Source: Andalucia godoyi And28 (Eukaryota > Protista > Jakobida). Taken from it: DNA of 64,000 nt. Both the position numbers and the translations under genes were made by a program. The first letter of the stretch is position 1; each line of letters starts with the position of its first letter. The stretch spans positions 93,987 through 157,986 of the forward strand of contig VRVR01000036.1 of the NCBI GenBank assembly GCA_009859145.1. Reading direction: 5' to 3'. Below the pieces are notes generated by a model, which saw nothing but the letters and a program-made list of their open reading frames with translations, made no database searches and was not told the origin of the DNA. Below, one piece after another: positions 21,156 through 32,800 of the stretch.

Positions 21156-21470
21156 TCACTGCAAGGCATGCGGTGAGAACGACGACACTGAACCATGTCG
21201 GGTGACGATATCGCGAATGACACGAGTATCGGACAGCACTTCTTCGAAGCGACTGTCCATGTGCTGCACAATGTCCTTGCGGATGCGCTCATGGTCATCC
21301 AGCAGCGTCTCCTCCAGCTCGCTGAGACGGTGCGCTACAAAGGCTCGGTGCTCGTCCGATTGTTTCCGCAAGGATAAGTACTGATAGGCTACCCCCGAAG
21401 ACAAGAGCACGAAAGACACGGAAACCCGCCGAACCAGACGGGCACAGAGGCGAATGACAGCTACTGACAT
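21156..21470 (-). CDS. Small protein with N-terminal TM segment and coiled coil (possibly organellar)
   Basis: MSVAVIRLCARLVRRVSVSFVLLSSGVAYQY followed by a charged helix. The upstream in-frame Q/L run is a microsatellite. Confidence 0.45.
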   Translation of the reverse strand: MSVAVIRLCARLVRRVSVSFVLLSSGVAYQYLSLRKQSDEHRAFVAHRLSELEETLLDDHERIRKDIVQHMDSRFEEVLSDTRVIRDIVTRHGSVSSFSPHALQ

Positions 21471-21825
21471 TTCTGGCTGCAGTTGTAGTTGTAGTTGTAG
21501 TTGTAGTTGTAGCAGTGGTTGTGGTGGTGGTGGTGGTTTGCGTTGGCGATCTATACTCACACTCAGTCACGTGGATGTCTCCTGTGCTGCTGATCAATCA
21601 CTCTTATCGGAAATGAACAAGAAAAAACGAAAACAAAGATTAAGATACAAAAAAAAAAAAGATGAGACGGGCATTCGTACATGAAAATGGCCTGCATGAG
21701 TCCGCTTGAGGCAAGCAAAAGTCTGCAAATCCGACTGCGTCTTTTTCTTTTTCGATGGACCGCCAGGAACCAAGACTGAGAATTTTAAAGAAGGATATTG
21801 AAGACAGTGCGCAGCCTAGCAGGTA

Positions 21826-22401
21826 TTGAAGAGAATGAAGCCTGTGACATTCATCTTGTATGTATGGAAATCTGCTATTGTGCTTTCACTCGTCTTTTGC
21901 TGTGCGACAATGCTAGTCGACTGCATCTTGTCGTCTGAGCCACACGTGGCGCTCGTTACAGTCAAGGTTTACGCAGCGCTGCTTTCTCCTGTTCTGGGTC
22001 TGACAGAGTGGGGGAGACGGGCGCTCGTCCGAAAGTGGCTTGTTGCATTTCGATACCCAGGCATTCGCGCTCTTCTCTACGGTTTTGTGGTGGTTGCCAC
22101 GTTAGCACCCGTGCAGGTGGGATCGTTCGTTCAGCCATACCAGCAAGCTTCTGGTTTTATTCTGTTGATTCTAGCAAGCATTCAACTGATTTCTCAAATC
22201 ACATGTCTAGGACACTTCTTCAAGCAGCGACAGGCAGAACAGTACGACTATCACGGCCGCAAGCACCAACGGCAGCAGGCAGGCATCGATGCTATCGAAG
22301 CGGGTCATGAACCTCCGGAAATGGACAACGCGGTCTCCGGAATTCATTCTACAGGGTACGGACAGCTCGGTGAAGATGCGCACGAGAATGTTGAAATTTA
22401 A
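21826..22401 (+). CDS. Small multi-pass membrane protein, COPI-associated/Tvp15-like
   Basis: About four hydrophobic segments, with LTEW...FRYPGIRALLYGF resembling the COPI_assoc motif. Confidence 0.5.
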   Translation: MKRMKPVTFILYVWKSAIVLSLVFCCATMLVDCILSSEPHVALVTVKVYAALLSPVLGLTEWGRRALVRKWLVAFRYPGIRALLYGFVVVATLAPVQVGSFVQPYQQASGFILLILASIQLISQITCLGHFFKQRQAEQYDYHGRKHQRQQAGIDAIEAGHEPPEMDNAVSGIHSTGYGQLGEDAHENVEI

Positions 22402-22434
22402 CATTTTGGAAACGGCAGAAAATGCAAGGGACCC

Positions 22435-23106
22435 TCATGGTTTCGGAACCGCAGAGACAGAGACGTCCGGAGACACGTAGGCCACATCGATGTAAAATAC
22501 GCATTTGATTTCATCCCATCGTGTACGGAACCGTTCCTTGTCCAGCCCTTCGGATGGTATCTTGAAAGCAACTGTTTCGTACGGAAGAGCAGCAACGACA
22601 AGATAAAGAAAGGCTGGATCAATCGGGCGGTCGACCTTTTGTTCATACGCCGACATGAATCTGACTCTTGGCTGCGTCGCTGACGCGATATCTGGGCAGT
22701 CAATCTCGAAATGAAGCACCCTGTCTTCTTCCGATTTTGAAATCCGGTACCCCGGACGCCCAATTCTGACCGTGCGTTTCTTGAAAACAACCCGATGCTC
22801 TGAATGAGAAGACCGCGTTGCAGAGCTTTCATGCTGACGCTTTACAGTTTGCTCGCGCTTCAGCAGCTGCATCTGGTGCCGCTTTCCTTGAGTGTGGGCC
22901 AGGTAGTTGCTTTCCGTGTTGTGAAGAGTCAAGCATAGTCTACATTCAAACTTTCCAATGTGGTTTTTGAAGAAATACGGATCTTTGGTCACATCAAACT
23001 GCTCCAGAGTCAGCTTTCGAAGCCGCTCGCGCCGATCCATGGCAAGCATCGTATCCGTCGCTGGAGCAGCTCCATGCCGAGCCCCATACTCTCGATTCGA
23101 AGACAT
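22435..23106 (-). CDS. SF3A2: Splicing factor 3A subunit 2 (SF3a66/Prp11)
   Basis: DPYFFKNHIGKFECRLCLTLHNTESNYLAHTQGKRHQ, IGRPGY, RFMSAYEQKV and YETVAFKIP. Confidence 0.96.
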   Translation of the reverse strand: MSSNREYGARHGAAPATDTMLAMDRRERLRKLTLEQFDVTKDPYFFKNHIGKFECRLCLTLHNTESNYLAHTQGKRHQMQLLKREQTVKRQHESSATRSSHSEHRVVFKKRTVRIGRPGYRISKSEEDRVLHFEIDCPDIASATQPRVRFMSAYEQKVDRPIDPAFLYLVVAALPYETVAFKIPSEGLDKERFRTRWDEIKCVFYIDVAYVSPDVSVSAVPKP

Positions 23107-23675
23107 GGCTTCTCAGAATCCCACAAATACCAAATTCGTATGAGAAGAATTCGAAGAGAAAAGATGGATTGGACCGCGCGAACCGAGGCCAGGGTTCTCT
23201 TTCTCATTTTATTTATTTTATTTTATAATTTTTTTTTGGTCGTCATCTACAGTCGCCCAGGGGAGAAAAAAACATATGGCCCCCCGCCTCCCGAAACTTG
23301 TGCGTTTGCGTGCGCGTCGACTGCCAAAAGGACGATACGTAGGAAAGACATTGATGAGGGCCTGCAAAGTTTCGAAAGAACGTTCTACAAATACTGCAGA
23401 GCACAGTCAGGACAGTGGGCGAATGTTGACTTCAAACACCTGACATCTCCGCTCAAATGGTTGAAACGGGTGAATGGAAACAGTCAGCAGCACACCGGCC
23501 ACCATCCGTCAAAAAGAAGAAGAAGAAAAGAAAAAGAAACTGTGGCAGGACCGGGGATTCAGTCTTCGATTCAGTCACCGAGCAAGCATAATCGAGCGAA
23601 ACCGTTTACAACCAACAGAAACACGCACCTCGCGTCGCCATTCAGGGATACCTCGGATAACAAAACAACCGAAAT

Positions 23676-24638
23676 TTAATATGTGTTCTTCAATTTCATG
23701 ACAAGGTGATCAATGGCGCGAATCGGTTCGTACTTTGGAGTCCCGCATCCCGGCAGGCAGGTGATCATGGTGTCCTTGTTGGGGTTGCAAAAGTACGCAA
23801 TAGAGTAGCGGGGCTTCGCCGCCCGCTCTCCCTTTTCGGGGAGCACAACACGATGCACATCCGACTTCAAGACATCGTTCGTCCACTGCTGCATCAGATC
23901 TCCCGAGTTGATGATGATAGCGTCTTCAATCGGCGAAGCAGCAATCCAGGTCTTCCCGTCTGGATGCAGGACCTCCAGCCCACCAACATCATCCTGCATC
24001 AGAAGCGTCAGCGTACCGTAGTCAGTGTGTGCTCCAGCACGCTGTTGACCAGGCTTCAACGCCGGGGCGGTAGCAGTGGGCGGATAGTGCAACAAGCGCA
24101 GATTGTTACATTCGTTTCCGCACGTCTTGTCGAAAAAGTCGTTATCCAGGTTCAGTTTCAGTCCAAGGGCACGGAGCAATTCAAGATGCAATTTGAAAAG
24201 CACATTCCACAACTCCAGGCACGTCGAACGGAAGTTGGGCCGAAGACCATTCTCTGGCCAGCGGTTCTCAAATTCCTTTTCGTTTTCATTGCCGATTTCA
24301 AAGCTCTCCTTAAAGTCTGCGGGCTTCGATAAGTCAAGCTGCTCACGACCGAGTGCCGAGTAACCGCGGTTCGACTCGGGAGAAGTCCACCCCATATTCA
24401 GTTTCTGCGTCATGGACAGATCAAAAAACCCCTTGGATTCGGAAAATGCACGGTTTCGCAGATCTTTCGGAACACCATGGTTCACAATGTAGACAAACCC
24501 ATATTTGTGGAAAGCATCGAAAAGAGTCTCGGCACAAGCCCGACGAGCAGCATCATCCCCATTCAAGAACTGTCCAAAGTCCACAATCGGAATCTCCATC
24601 GGAAGATCGTTTGCATTGAAATCAGAATTCGCACACAT
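23676..24638 (-). CDS. 2-oxoglutarate/Fe(II)-dependent dioxygenase (IPNS-like)
   Basis: IPIVDF, NRGY, LRLLHYP, AHTDYGTLTLL, HRV and RYSIAYF. Confidence 0.93.
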   Translation of the reverse strand: MCANSDFNANDLPMEIPIVDFGQFLNGDDAARRACAETLFDAFHKYGFVYIVNHGVPKDLRNRAFSESKGFFDLSMTQKLNMGWTSPESNRGYSALGREQLDLSKPADFKESFEIGNENEKEFENRWPENGLRPNFRSTCLELWNVLFKLHLELLRALGLKLNLDNDFFDKTCGNECNNLRLLHYPPTATAPALKPGQQRAGAHTDYGTLTLLMQDDVGGLEVLHPDGKTWIAASPIEDAIIINSGDLMQQWTNDVLKSDVHRVVLPEKGERAAKPRYSIAYFCNPNKDTMITCLPGCGTPKYEPIRAIDHLVMKLKNTY

Positions 24639-24958
24639 TATTTTTTATAAAAAATAACAGGGGCTCGAGTGGTGGTCCTGAAATATCCTTTCCCCATGCG
24701 AAAACATCATTTTGAAGAAGAAGCAGGTCAGAAATAGCTTCGGCGTGGAAACCAGCCGCACCAGGCCGTCATCAGTCATCAGAATCTTGAGCTCCCGATA
24801 GCTGGTGAATCAATTGAGACAGCTTGAAGACTTTCCTCGGCCATTCTTTCGGAAGCATTCGAATCCTCGGGTTCCGTGCACTGCCTTCTTTCCACACATG
24901 TGGACGTCGACGAGAACGAGGACGAGGACGAGGACGAGGACGGTGCAGTTGCGCAAGA

Positions 24959-25884
24959 ATGGATGTTTCAAGCGTTCTCCGAACTCTGCAGCTTCCCAAC
25001 ACCCTTCGTGCGAGAGCTGCGGAACTTGTGCGGTTGTCGCAGCTTCGATGTCCGGGGGCGCAAGCTCTTGCTGTTCCTGGTATCTGCATTGAGATTGCTT
25101 GCCGGGAGCAGAATGTCGAATTTGATCGAAAACTAATATGCAATGCAGTGGGCGTTCCCATGAACATGTACATCCCGGTATTCTCTGCTGTGAAGACGGC
25201 TCTTGGAATCCAAGACAAGATTGATTTGCAAGGATTGGCCCTGGAATTCGGCGCACAGCGGGTTCTTTCTCGAGTACGCGAAGTCGGTAAGGTGTACATG
25301 GAATATCTGCAAAAGGAAGATCCAAAGAATTACGAACAGATCGTGAGCGCCCAACGGGCGGCTATTCTCACATCGGCATTTGCCGAATGCTGCAAAGCAT
25401 GCGACATCAAAGTATGTTTCCGTCCTCCTTCTTTTTTTTTCTTCTTTTTTTTCTTCTTTTTTTTCTGATTTCTCCTCCCTCATTGATGGTACTGTTGGTT
25501 TTTGCCCCGTTATGATTTGCTATTTCTCTGTACGTGTCTAACAGTCACACTGACGTTCTGAATTAGGTCGATGTTAAGAAGCTGCTCACGAAGTCTGGAA
25601 TTTCAAAGACGCTGTTTGAAAGTTGCTCCAAAGAAGTTTTTCGCGTGTGCGGATCGTTGATTGTGAACGGTGTTGATGATTGTCTTGGAAATCGAAAGCG
25701 ACCTGCCCCAACGACGAATCCGGACGGAAGCGAAAAGCCAGAAGTTCGTCTTGCAGCAATATTTGAACCTCGATCAAAGAGGCTGCTTTTGTCAGAACGG
25801 AGTCCAAAGCTTCCAGCATCTTCCGAAATTGCAGAGGACGACTATGAAGTCTGGAAAGCGAAGATTTTGGCCCAAAAGGACTAG
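24959..25884 (+). CDS. ORC6: Origin recognition complex subunit 6; 2 exons (24959-25411, 25567-25884)
   Basis: GICIEIAC, LALEFG and C-terminal DYEVWKAKIL. The phase-0 GT..AG intron at 25412-25566 joins IK|VDVKKL. Confidence 0.85.
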
Positions 25885-26340
25885 TTTCGATGGCAGCTCA
25901 TCTGATTTGCTGTTTTATTAACATCATTGACAGTAGCATTTATCTGGACACCATTTTCTGTCTTGAGGCGTTTTATGAAATTTCCGGTCGTTCCGGACAT
26001 TACCATGTCCGTTTCTGAGATGTCTGTTTTGATCCCTTGCTGCGCGGTGTGCACACTTGCTTTCAATCAGCGAGGCACATGCAGAGAGTCAAAAAAAAAA
26101 AGTCATCTTTGCTGCCATTGAGGATCCACTGTTGTGTTTCCTGCTCTTGCATAAGCACGGCAGCATGAAAAATGGGCTGTGGGTTTGGACTGCTGGGAAG
26201 AAGAGCGCGTGCCCCAACACGTCGTTTTCTGGTAACGCATGCATTGTACACGAAGCATGGCAAATGATTGCTGAGCCTCCACATCAAGTCTTCCATCCAA
26301 CACCAAACGAAACCAAATGTGAATTCAATTCAGAAGTGAC

Positions 26341-26433
26341 GCCGCACATGGTGGGCATCGGAGTGACGATGGATTGGCATGAATGAAAAAAGGCGACCGA
26401 AATGGCAATGTCTGAAATTTCTGGGTAAGTGGG
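26341..26433 (-). repeat. Dispersed ~95-bp repeat, copy A (inverted relative to 35183-35276)
   Basis: Contains a 38-nt identical core, cagaaatttcagacattgccatttcggtcgcctttttt. Confidence 0.85.
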
Positions 26434-26575
26434 TTGAAAAAGGATAACAAGTTGGGACATATCTTGAAAATGAAATGAGATGTGGCTTGCTTGTGCGTGC
26501 AGCACGATGGATGTCAAGGCTCACTTGCTTGCAGCCAGTCGTTTATAAAATAAAATTAAAAAAAGCAAACGCCTT

Positions 26576-27322
26576 TTATCGCTTGCGTTCCTTCTTGAAT
26601 TTGTAAGACGGAACGCCTCCTTTCAGGGACATAACCTTCTTCTTTGTTCCTTTTGATTGAGCCGCTCGATGCGCTTGCATTTTTCCCAGGAGTCTTGACA
26701 ATTTAACGTCCCGAGAGACTCGGGCAGCAAGTTCTTGATACTGCGGGTTTGGAGATTCATCACTACCGCTAACATTATTAGTGATTAGGGATGCAAGAGT
26801 CTGGTTGCTCTTACTTTCGAGTTGGTCTTTTCGAGGCCGATTGAACGTTCGCTCCAGCAGCTCTGCAGAGGTGCTGAGTCTTTCCGACAAATCGAACCGC
26901 TTCAAATCATCAACAGATTCAACGAAGAAGGTCTGCTGATTTCGCGGAGTCTCGCCAATGAAATGCAAGTTAGACTGCAATCGATCGATTTTTGCCTTTT
27001 CAATCTTGTTTTTAAAAGACAGGTAGACGCGGTCCTGTTCTTTCAGATGCTGCAAGTCTTCGTGATCCACGACGTCCTTTTCGACTGTTTGATGCACGCC
27101 ATCAACAACACGAGATTTCTTCATTGAAAAATAAAACTCATCTGGATTCTTCGAAAATGCTTTCTCTTGCAACGCATGGATGGTGTCTTGTTTTCGATGA
27201 TAATCCCTTGCTCGCTGCACGTAGTCCTTGTGCTTCTCCAACAATCCAAACTTTCTTCTCTTGTAAGGCTGGGATCGTTCCCGATGTTCCTTATTCGGCG
27301 CATACTTTTTCCACGACGACAT
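26576..27322 (-). CDS. UTP11: U3 snoRNP protein Utp11
   Basis: MSSWKK..HRERSQP..R.KFGLLEKHKDYVQRARDY...NPDEFYFSM and C-terminal YKFKKERKR. Start at ATG 27322. Confidence 0.95.
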   Translation of the reverse strand: MSSWKKYAPNKEHRERSQPYKRRKFGLLEKHKDYVQRARDYHRKQDTIHALQEKAFSKNPDEFYFSMKKSRVVDGVHQTVEKDVVDHEDLQHLKEQDRVYLSFKNKIEKAKIDRLQSNLHFIGETPRNQQTFFVESVDDLKRFDLSERLSTSAELLERTFNRPRKDQLESKSNQTLASLITNNVSGSDESPNPQYQELAARVSRDVKLSRLLGKMQAHRAAQSKGTKKKVMSLKGGVPSYKFKKERKR

Positions 27323-27643
27323 TATAAAACTGTATTCCTTTGTCTTCGTCTGCGAAGCTGAAGCAGAAACGATGATCTTGACAGGAAAGGAATTCCGATA
27401 ATGCTTTTCTTTTGTGGATCGATGAGCGCAAAGAAACGAGGAAGACCCTCCGAAGAGCGACATTTTTCTACGGCAGCTGGCATAATGCGGTGTGTTAGGC
27501 ATTAGGTGTGGTTTTCTTTGTCTTGCTGGTAATCCACGCGATCTTCATTCATTTTATTGTTATTTATTTATTTTATTTATTTATGTTAAAATAAATAGAA
27601 AGTAAAATGTACATCAAAAAGAAATATACAGGATCGATGAAAC

Positions 27644-29068
27644 CTAGGAAGACTTCAGCGACTTCGATGGCATCATCTTCAGTTTCTTCCTCCCGTGTAC
27701 CCAGAGAGGAGGACTGTACAGGCTAAGGACCGGCGAAGAGCACATGTCATCCTTCTTTGATAATCTCAAAAGGAATTGCAGGGGTCGCACGCAAGAAAGC
27801 ACATCCTCGGTGCTGCTCGACGATCTTTTCGCATTTGCTATGTACGAGGATGCACGGATGCGGAAATGTTCAAAGTCAAAAGCGGTCGATCCATTTGCCA
27901 GACGCTCCATTTTTCCATTAGTGACAAACTGAGTGGCTTGAGAGGGTCCGGCAACACGGTTCCTGCATGAAACAAGACATGATCTTCCTTCGGATCGGAT
28001 CGGTTGCCTTGTGTCACGATCCACAAGATCGAAGGAACACTCCAAATCATCAATATTCAGCGTCGACGTCGGGTTTTCAGTGATGACCAGGCGAATGGAA
28101 CGGGACTTGCGGTTGTGCATGTAGACCGGACGGCAGGTTTCATGCGACGCAGAGCACGAAGTGGTAGTTGAGGCCGGACGAATCTCGTCCATTTGGCTGG
28201 AAGTCAACTTTTCGCAATTCTTTTCGACATACTGATTCCACGGAACGAATGTCTTGTCGGAAGTTGCATTGCTGTGATTGGTCAATGTAGAACTGGAAGA
28301 CTGATCAGAAGAGACGGAGTCAAGAGACGTTGTCCGCTGGTGACCATGACCTTTGCGCGGGCGTCCTGGGGCTTCGTTGGCCATAAGCACGTCCAATGTA
28401 GGCGCGCCCTCAGCTGCACAGTGTTCATCATGCACTGCAACTTCCCAAGAGGATTCCAACATGAATCCTGCGCATACACTTTGGACATCTGTGATGCACT
28501 CGGGCTCTCCGCAGTTGTCATCATCTTCCATATGCGATTCGCAGTCATCGTCATCCGTGCACATGATGGCTGGCGAAGCCCTGTCCTTGCTGGCTCTTCT
28601 CGACACCGAAAATAGCGGTCGTTTCTCACAGCCATCCGCAACAAAGTGTTGCGGAGCAGATTGTAAAACCAATTCAAGCCGCCGGGAATGATTCGCTGAA
28701 ACGTCGCGTTGGCTGCCCCGTGACGCCGAATCGATGTTCAACAGATTCATCTTGTACAACGCAGGTTGAACAACGTCTGAAGACGCAACAAACAATGGGT
28801 TCTCTGCACACACGAGCTGGGAATCTTCGATGGTGCACTTTTGCTGGGGGGATTTGGCAGCAAACTCAAACGCCGATGATCCGTTGGGGACAAAAAATGC
28901 AGAATTGTCCGTAAAGGCTACGTTTTCGTAGTGAAACTCCCGGTCTGGAACGTCAAAAGCATAGGAGCTATCTGCCTGAGAGGCGGGGAGTGGAAAACCG
29001 GGCTGTTCAGTGGCCCAAGCCGACGTTTGCTGCACCCAGTCCTCAACGAAAAACGCATCCGAGTTCAT
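27644..29068 (-). CDS. Uncharacterised protein; low-complexity N-terminal half and beta-rich C-terminal domain (possible Ig-fold DNA-binding domain)
   Basis: Long ORF with an S/D-rich linker. The C-terminus reads FDFEHFRIRASS...FLLRL...SPPLWVHGRKK. Confidence 0.6.
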   Translation of the reverse strand: MNSDAFFVEDWVQQTSAWATEQPGFPLPASQADSSYAFDVPDREFHYENVAFTDNSAFFVPNGSSAFEFAAKSPQQKCTIEDSQLVCAENPLFVASSDVVQPALYKMNLLNIDSASRGSQRDVSANHSRRLELVLQSAPQHFVADGCEKRPLFSVSRRASKDRASPAIMCTDDDDCESHMEDDDNCGEPECITDVQSVCAGFMLESSWEVAVHDEHCAAEGAPTLDVLMANEAPGRPRKGHGHQRTTSLDSVSSDQSSSSTLTNHSNATSDKTFVPWNQYVEKNCEKLTSSQMDEIRPASTTTSCSASHETCRPVYMHNRKSRSIRLVITENPTSTLNIDDLECSFDLVDRDTRQPIRSEGRSCLVSCRNRVAGPSQATQFVTNGKMERLANGSTAFDFEHFRIRASSYIANAKRSSSSTEDVLSCVRPLQFLLRLSKKDDMCSSPVLSLYSPPLWVHGRKKLKMMPSKSLKSS

Positions 29069-29899
29069 GATGAAAGAATGTTGATGAACAAGGATCAAAA
29101 CAAAGGGGAGGAAAAAAGAACAAGAAGGGGAAAAGGCGCAGAGCAAATTGGGAATGATTCAACGAGGATCGAGCAGATTCGGTATAAAATGACGCGAGAA
29201 CAGCTAAATAAGCGATCTAAAGAGTTCTTTGCTGTGATTTGTTTCTTGTTCTTCTATTATTATTTTCTTTTTCCTTTTTCTTTCCTCTCTGTTTTGCGGA
29301 TTGTTTTTGCTTTTCTTTTTTCTTAATTTCCCACAACGAAAACGAAAGAGGATCGTGGGAGGAGGGCTCCAAGGAAGCCGGGAAACCAGAAACCCAAAAG
29401 AAAACAGATGCACCACCCCAGACTGGACCGAATCGTTTCTTATCGGGCGCCATTGTCATCTGACATCAAAGTTGTTTCGGCGAACATTAGACATGTACAG
29501 CTGACGCAAATTTCGATGTGGATCTTTGATCGTTCAGAGAACCGGAGGACAACGTGGTCTCGTCTTCGAAATACTGCACGAGTTTTCGTCCCAAGTCATC
29601 GAGCATAGTTCCACCACGCGAAAGGCACTGACGTTCTGGATTGCCCCGCTCACTCTGTGTGTGTGTGTGTGTGCATAATTCGCAAGGCAATATAAGAGTG
29701 CATTTCATACAGCCGCGATAAATGTCTTCCAGTCAGTTTGTTGTTGTTGTTTCTTTTAATTTGAAATGAAGTAAAGGAGACATAGAAATTCAATACTTTC
29801 CAATTTCAATGTTGCGAGCTCAAAAGGACTGCAAACAAGCAAAACATTGATCCATCCACTAACACATGACAATGAAAAACGCATGGGAACCCCCGCGGA

Positions 29900-32800
29900 T
29901 CACCACACCGACGGTTTGGTGTTGTTTTGGCTCGAGCCTGCGGCCCAACCAGAATGACTGCCACTTTGCTGCTGAGCTTGACTTCCTATTCCGTACTGAG
30001 ACCCAAACACATCGCCTGAGAACAGATTCATGGCAGGAAACGAAAAAGCAGTGGAATGATCGGATACCGTGCGCTGGTCCCATATGCTGTGCAGCGACGG
30101 AGGAGCACCAATGGAGGCACCTGAAGCATTCCGATCGTCTCCAATTCGAGAATCTGCTTGGGAGAATGGCATCAAAGGCTCCACTGATTGGTGTACTGAA
30201 GAACTGCTGGCTGATGCAGAGATGCTAGACAAAGAAGCAGCGAGAGTCGAACGCGGCTGAGCAGAGTGTCCCGACAAAGGGATGATCGACGCACCCGGAG
30301 AAGATTGTTGCTGCTGCGACACAGAACTTGCGGCATTCATAGGACCCGGAAATTGGGTCGGCATTGACAGGACCGGCGCTGGATTTGAGGACGACCACAC
30401 AGATCCAAACAGGGAAAAGAGGGAAGAAGAATTGTTGAACACAGTTGAATTTGAATTTGGTGATGAAGAATTCGACTGAGCTGGCTGCTGCTGATAAAAT
30501 GACGACGATGCAGCCGCTGTCGTGATTGATACGTTACCCGCTGGAACAGGCTCGTTGGCGGCGAAAGAAAACGCAGGAGCAGCCACAGGGGCATTGGAGG
30601 GATGACCCTGCATGGTGCGTGGCACGGAATTCGCAGAGGCGGAAGCAGTGGATACCGACGGTGACATGTGTGGATTGCTAGCAACCGGAAGTTGTACGGA
30701 AGACTTGGCAGTCCCCTTCGTTCGCATCGAACCAGTAGCTTTTCCGGGATTTGAAACAGACAGGTTTGACACTGAAAGGCTCGCAGCATTCGTACCATCA
30801 ACTCTATCCGTGCTACGTAGCGGCATCACACCCAGGTCGTTCCTTGCAGTTGAAGGCGCCGCAATCCGTGATTTCTGGACGACTTCCGTTGCAGGAACAG
30901 CGTGTTTTTCGTCGTCTAACTTTGCATTGCGCTTCTTTTTTCCGCCTCTTTTCTTATTCTTCTTCTTCTTTCCACCCAACACTTGGCCTACCGCATCATC
31001 ATCCGACTCGTCATCATCGTACTCTTCTACCGCAGCATCCACCCCAAGAGGCGCAGCATTCGCGACGTCAGAAACAGACTCCACCTTCGAAACATCCAAC
31101 TTACCAAGCACAAGTGCAGCAATCGGATGTATTCCAGTTTCTCCTTTCGCTGAAGGTGGCGAGTCTGTTGCGGATTTGCTCTTTGACTCACATAGAGTGT
31201 CGGCATTGGAGTCCTGACGATCCACGATCTTGGACACATCGTCAATGGGTTCATCTACTTCCTCGTCGTCATCATCTTCAACCAAAATAATCTTGGCATT
31301 TCCAACCTCCACTGTTCTGGAAGATTCCAGCAGATTCGAGTCTTGCGATTTGCCATGACTAATACCTTTTCCACGCCCCACATCAGCTTCATCTTCTGAT
31401 GACACTTCTTCCACAACCTTCTTCTTATTAGACGATTTCGACGAGTCTCGAGAATGACTCGCGTTGCCGTGCGTTTTCTTATTCGCTGCCTTCTCATTTG
31501 CAACACTTGCTGCTTTCTTTTTGTTTTTCTCTTCTTGCTTCTTTGTCGGTTTCTTCGTATCTTCTCTTGCGAGATCATCTAACAATCGTTGCTGATGCAA
31601 AAGAGAAACAACATCACGGTGAGCAAGCACAATGCGAGAAATGAAACAGCGAGCAACAAAGATCTGGAAAAACCAACGAGAATCAAACACTCGCTGAAGG
31701 TGACGAATGTCTCGACGGTGAACCTTATCATCGACAGATTGGCTCCTTCCGACATCCGACTTCTTTGACTTGGTGGGATATTTCATGGTCGCTGGATTTG
31801 CTGCAGCTGCTTCCTCTACAGTTCCGACCCTTGTCGAAAGCAGCAGAGACGGGTTTGCACTGAAAACGCTGAACGCAACAGCAGCATCAAGAAGTGGTGG
31901 AACACGATCATCTGATTGGGGTTTTTCTGCCTTGGGCTTCGATTCAATGGCATTTTGCCGTCTCTTAAGCATAAGCTGAAGAAATTCCTGAAAAGTAACG
32001 CCTTTGGGAAGGCCAGAAGCAATGCGATCATAATGCTCGGCGTTTTCTTTGAAGTCTTCCTGCTCGTCATCATAGTCGTCTCCATCATCATCATCGTCGT
32101 CGTCGTCGTCGTCGTCGTCATCATCATCATCATCATCATCACCGCCACCACCACCACCACCACCACCACCATCGTCGTCGTCGTCATCATCATCATCATC
32201 GCCGCCACCACCTTCCCGAGACTGATCGTCTTCGGAAACGTTGGCATTCTCCGAGACTTCCGATTCTTCAGAATCTGACAAGTCTTGCATCCCAGAATTG
32301 TTCGACGTTTCGTCATCTTCTCCCTCAAGATCAGAATCGCTCAAGTCCGAATCACTGTTGTACGAATGAGACAACGCATAAGACGCTGCCCACAAATCCC
32401 CGTGAAGCGACAAGTTATCGTCGAGACCATAGATTGCAGTAATCTTGTCCATAAGCTCCGAAAATCTTCGTCCATTATCGGATAAATATTCCTTGGAGAG
32501 ATGGATGCGGCCGTCTCGAATGCAAACGGACGATCCAAAAGGAAACTCCCGCCGCAGATCCAAATACGCCATATAGTCGGCGGACATGCTGGACGAGGAC
32601 ACGAGGGACCCATTCATTTGCGGCATCGCACCAAATCCAGACACGGCAGCCATCCCCGATGCGGACGCACCATTTGCAAATCCGTTCAAGAACTGCGGGT
32701 TTGTTGAGGGTACAGAATACTTCTTCCTTTCCAATTCAAGGCAGTAACTTTCAAAAAGCTGAACTTCGCGGTCAAAGATTGTTCTTCTCTTTCCACAGGT

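Noticed and set aside
22960-23679. 239-aa + strand ORF
   Set aside because: It overlaps SF3A2 antisense, crosses an AT-rich promoter-like tract and has no recognisable motif; a small gene in 23280-23679 cannot be excluded.
26360-26425. C/D snoRNA or Sm-site RNA (gtgacga...ctga; aatttctgg)
   Set aside because: The putative C box and Sm site are not conserved in the second copy (gtggcga; aatttctga).
32060-32215. Long GAT/GAC/GGT triplet tract
   Set aside because: It is an in-frame poly-Asp/Gly region of the Nst1-like protein, not a separate element.
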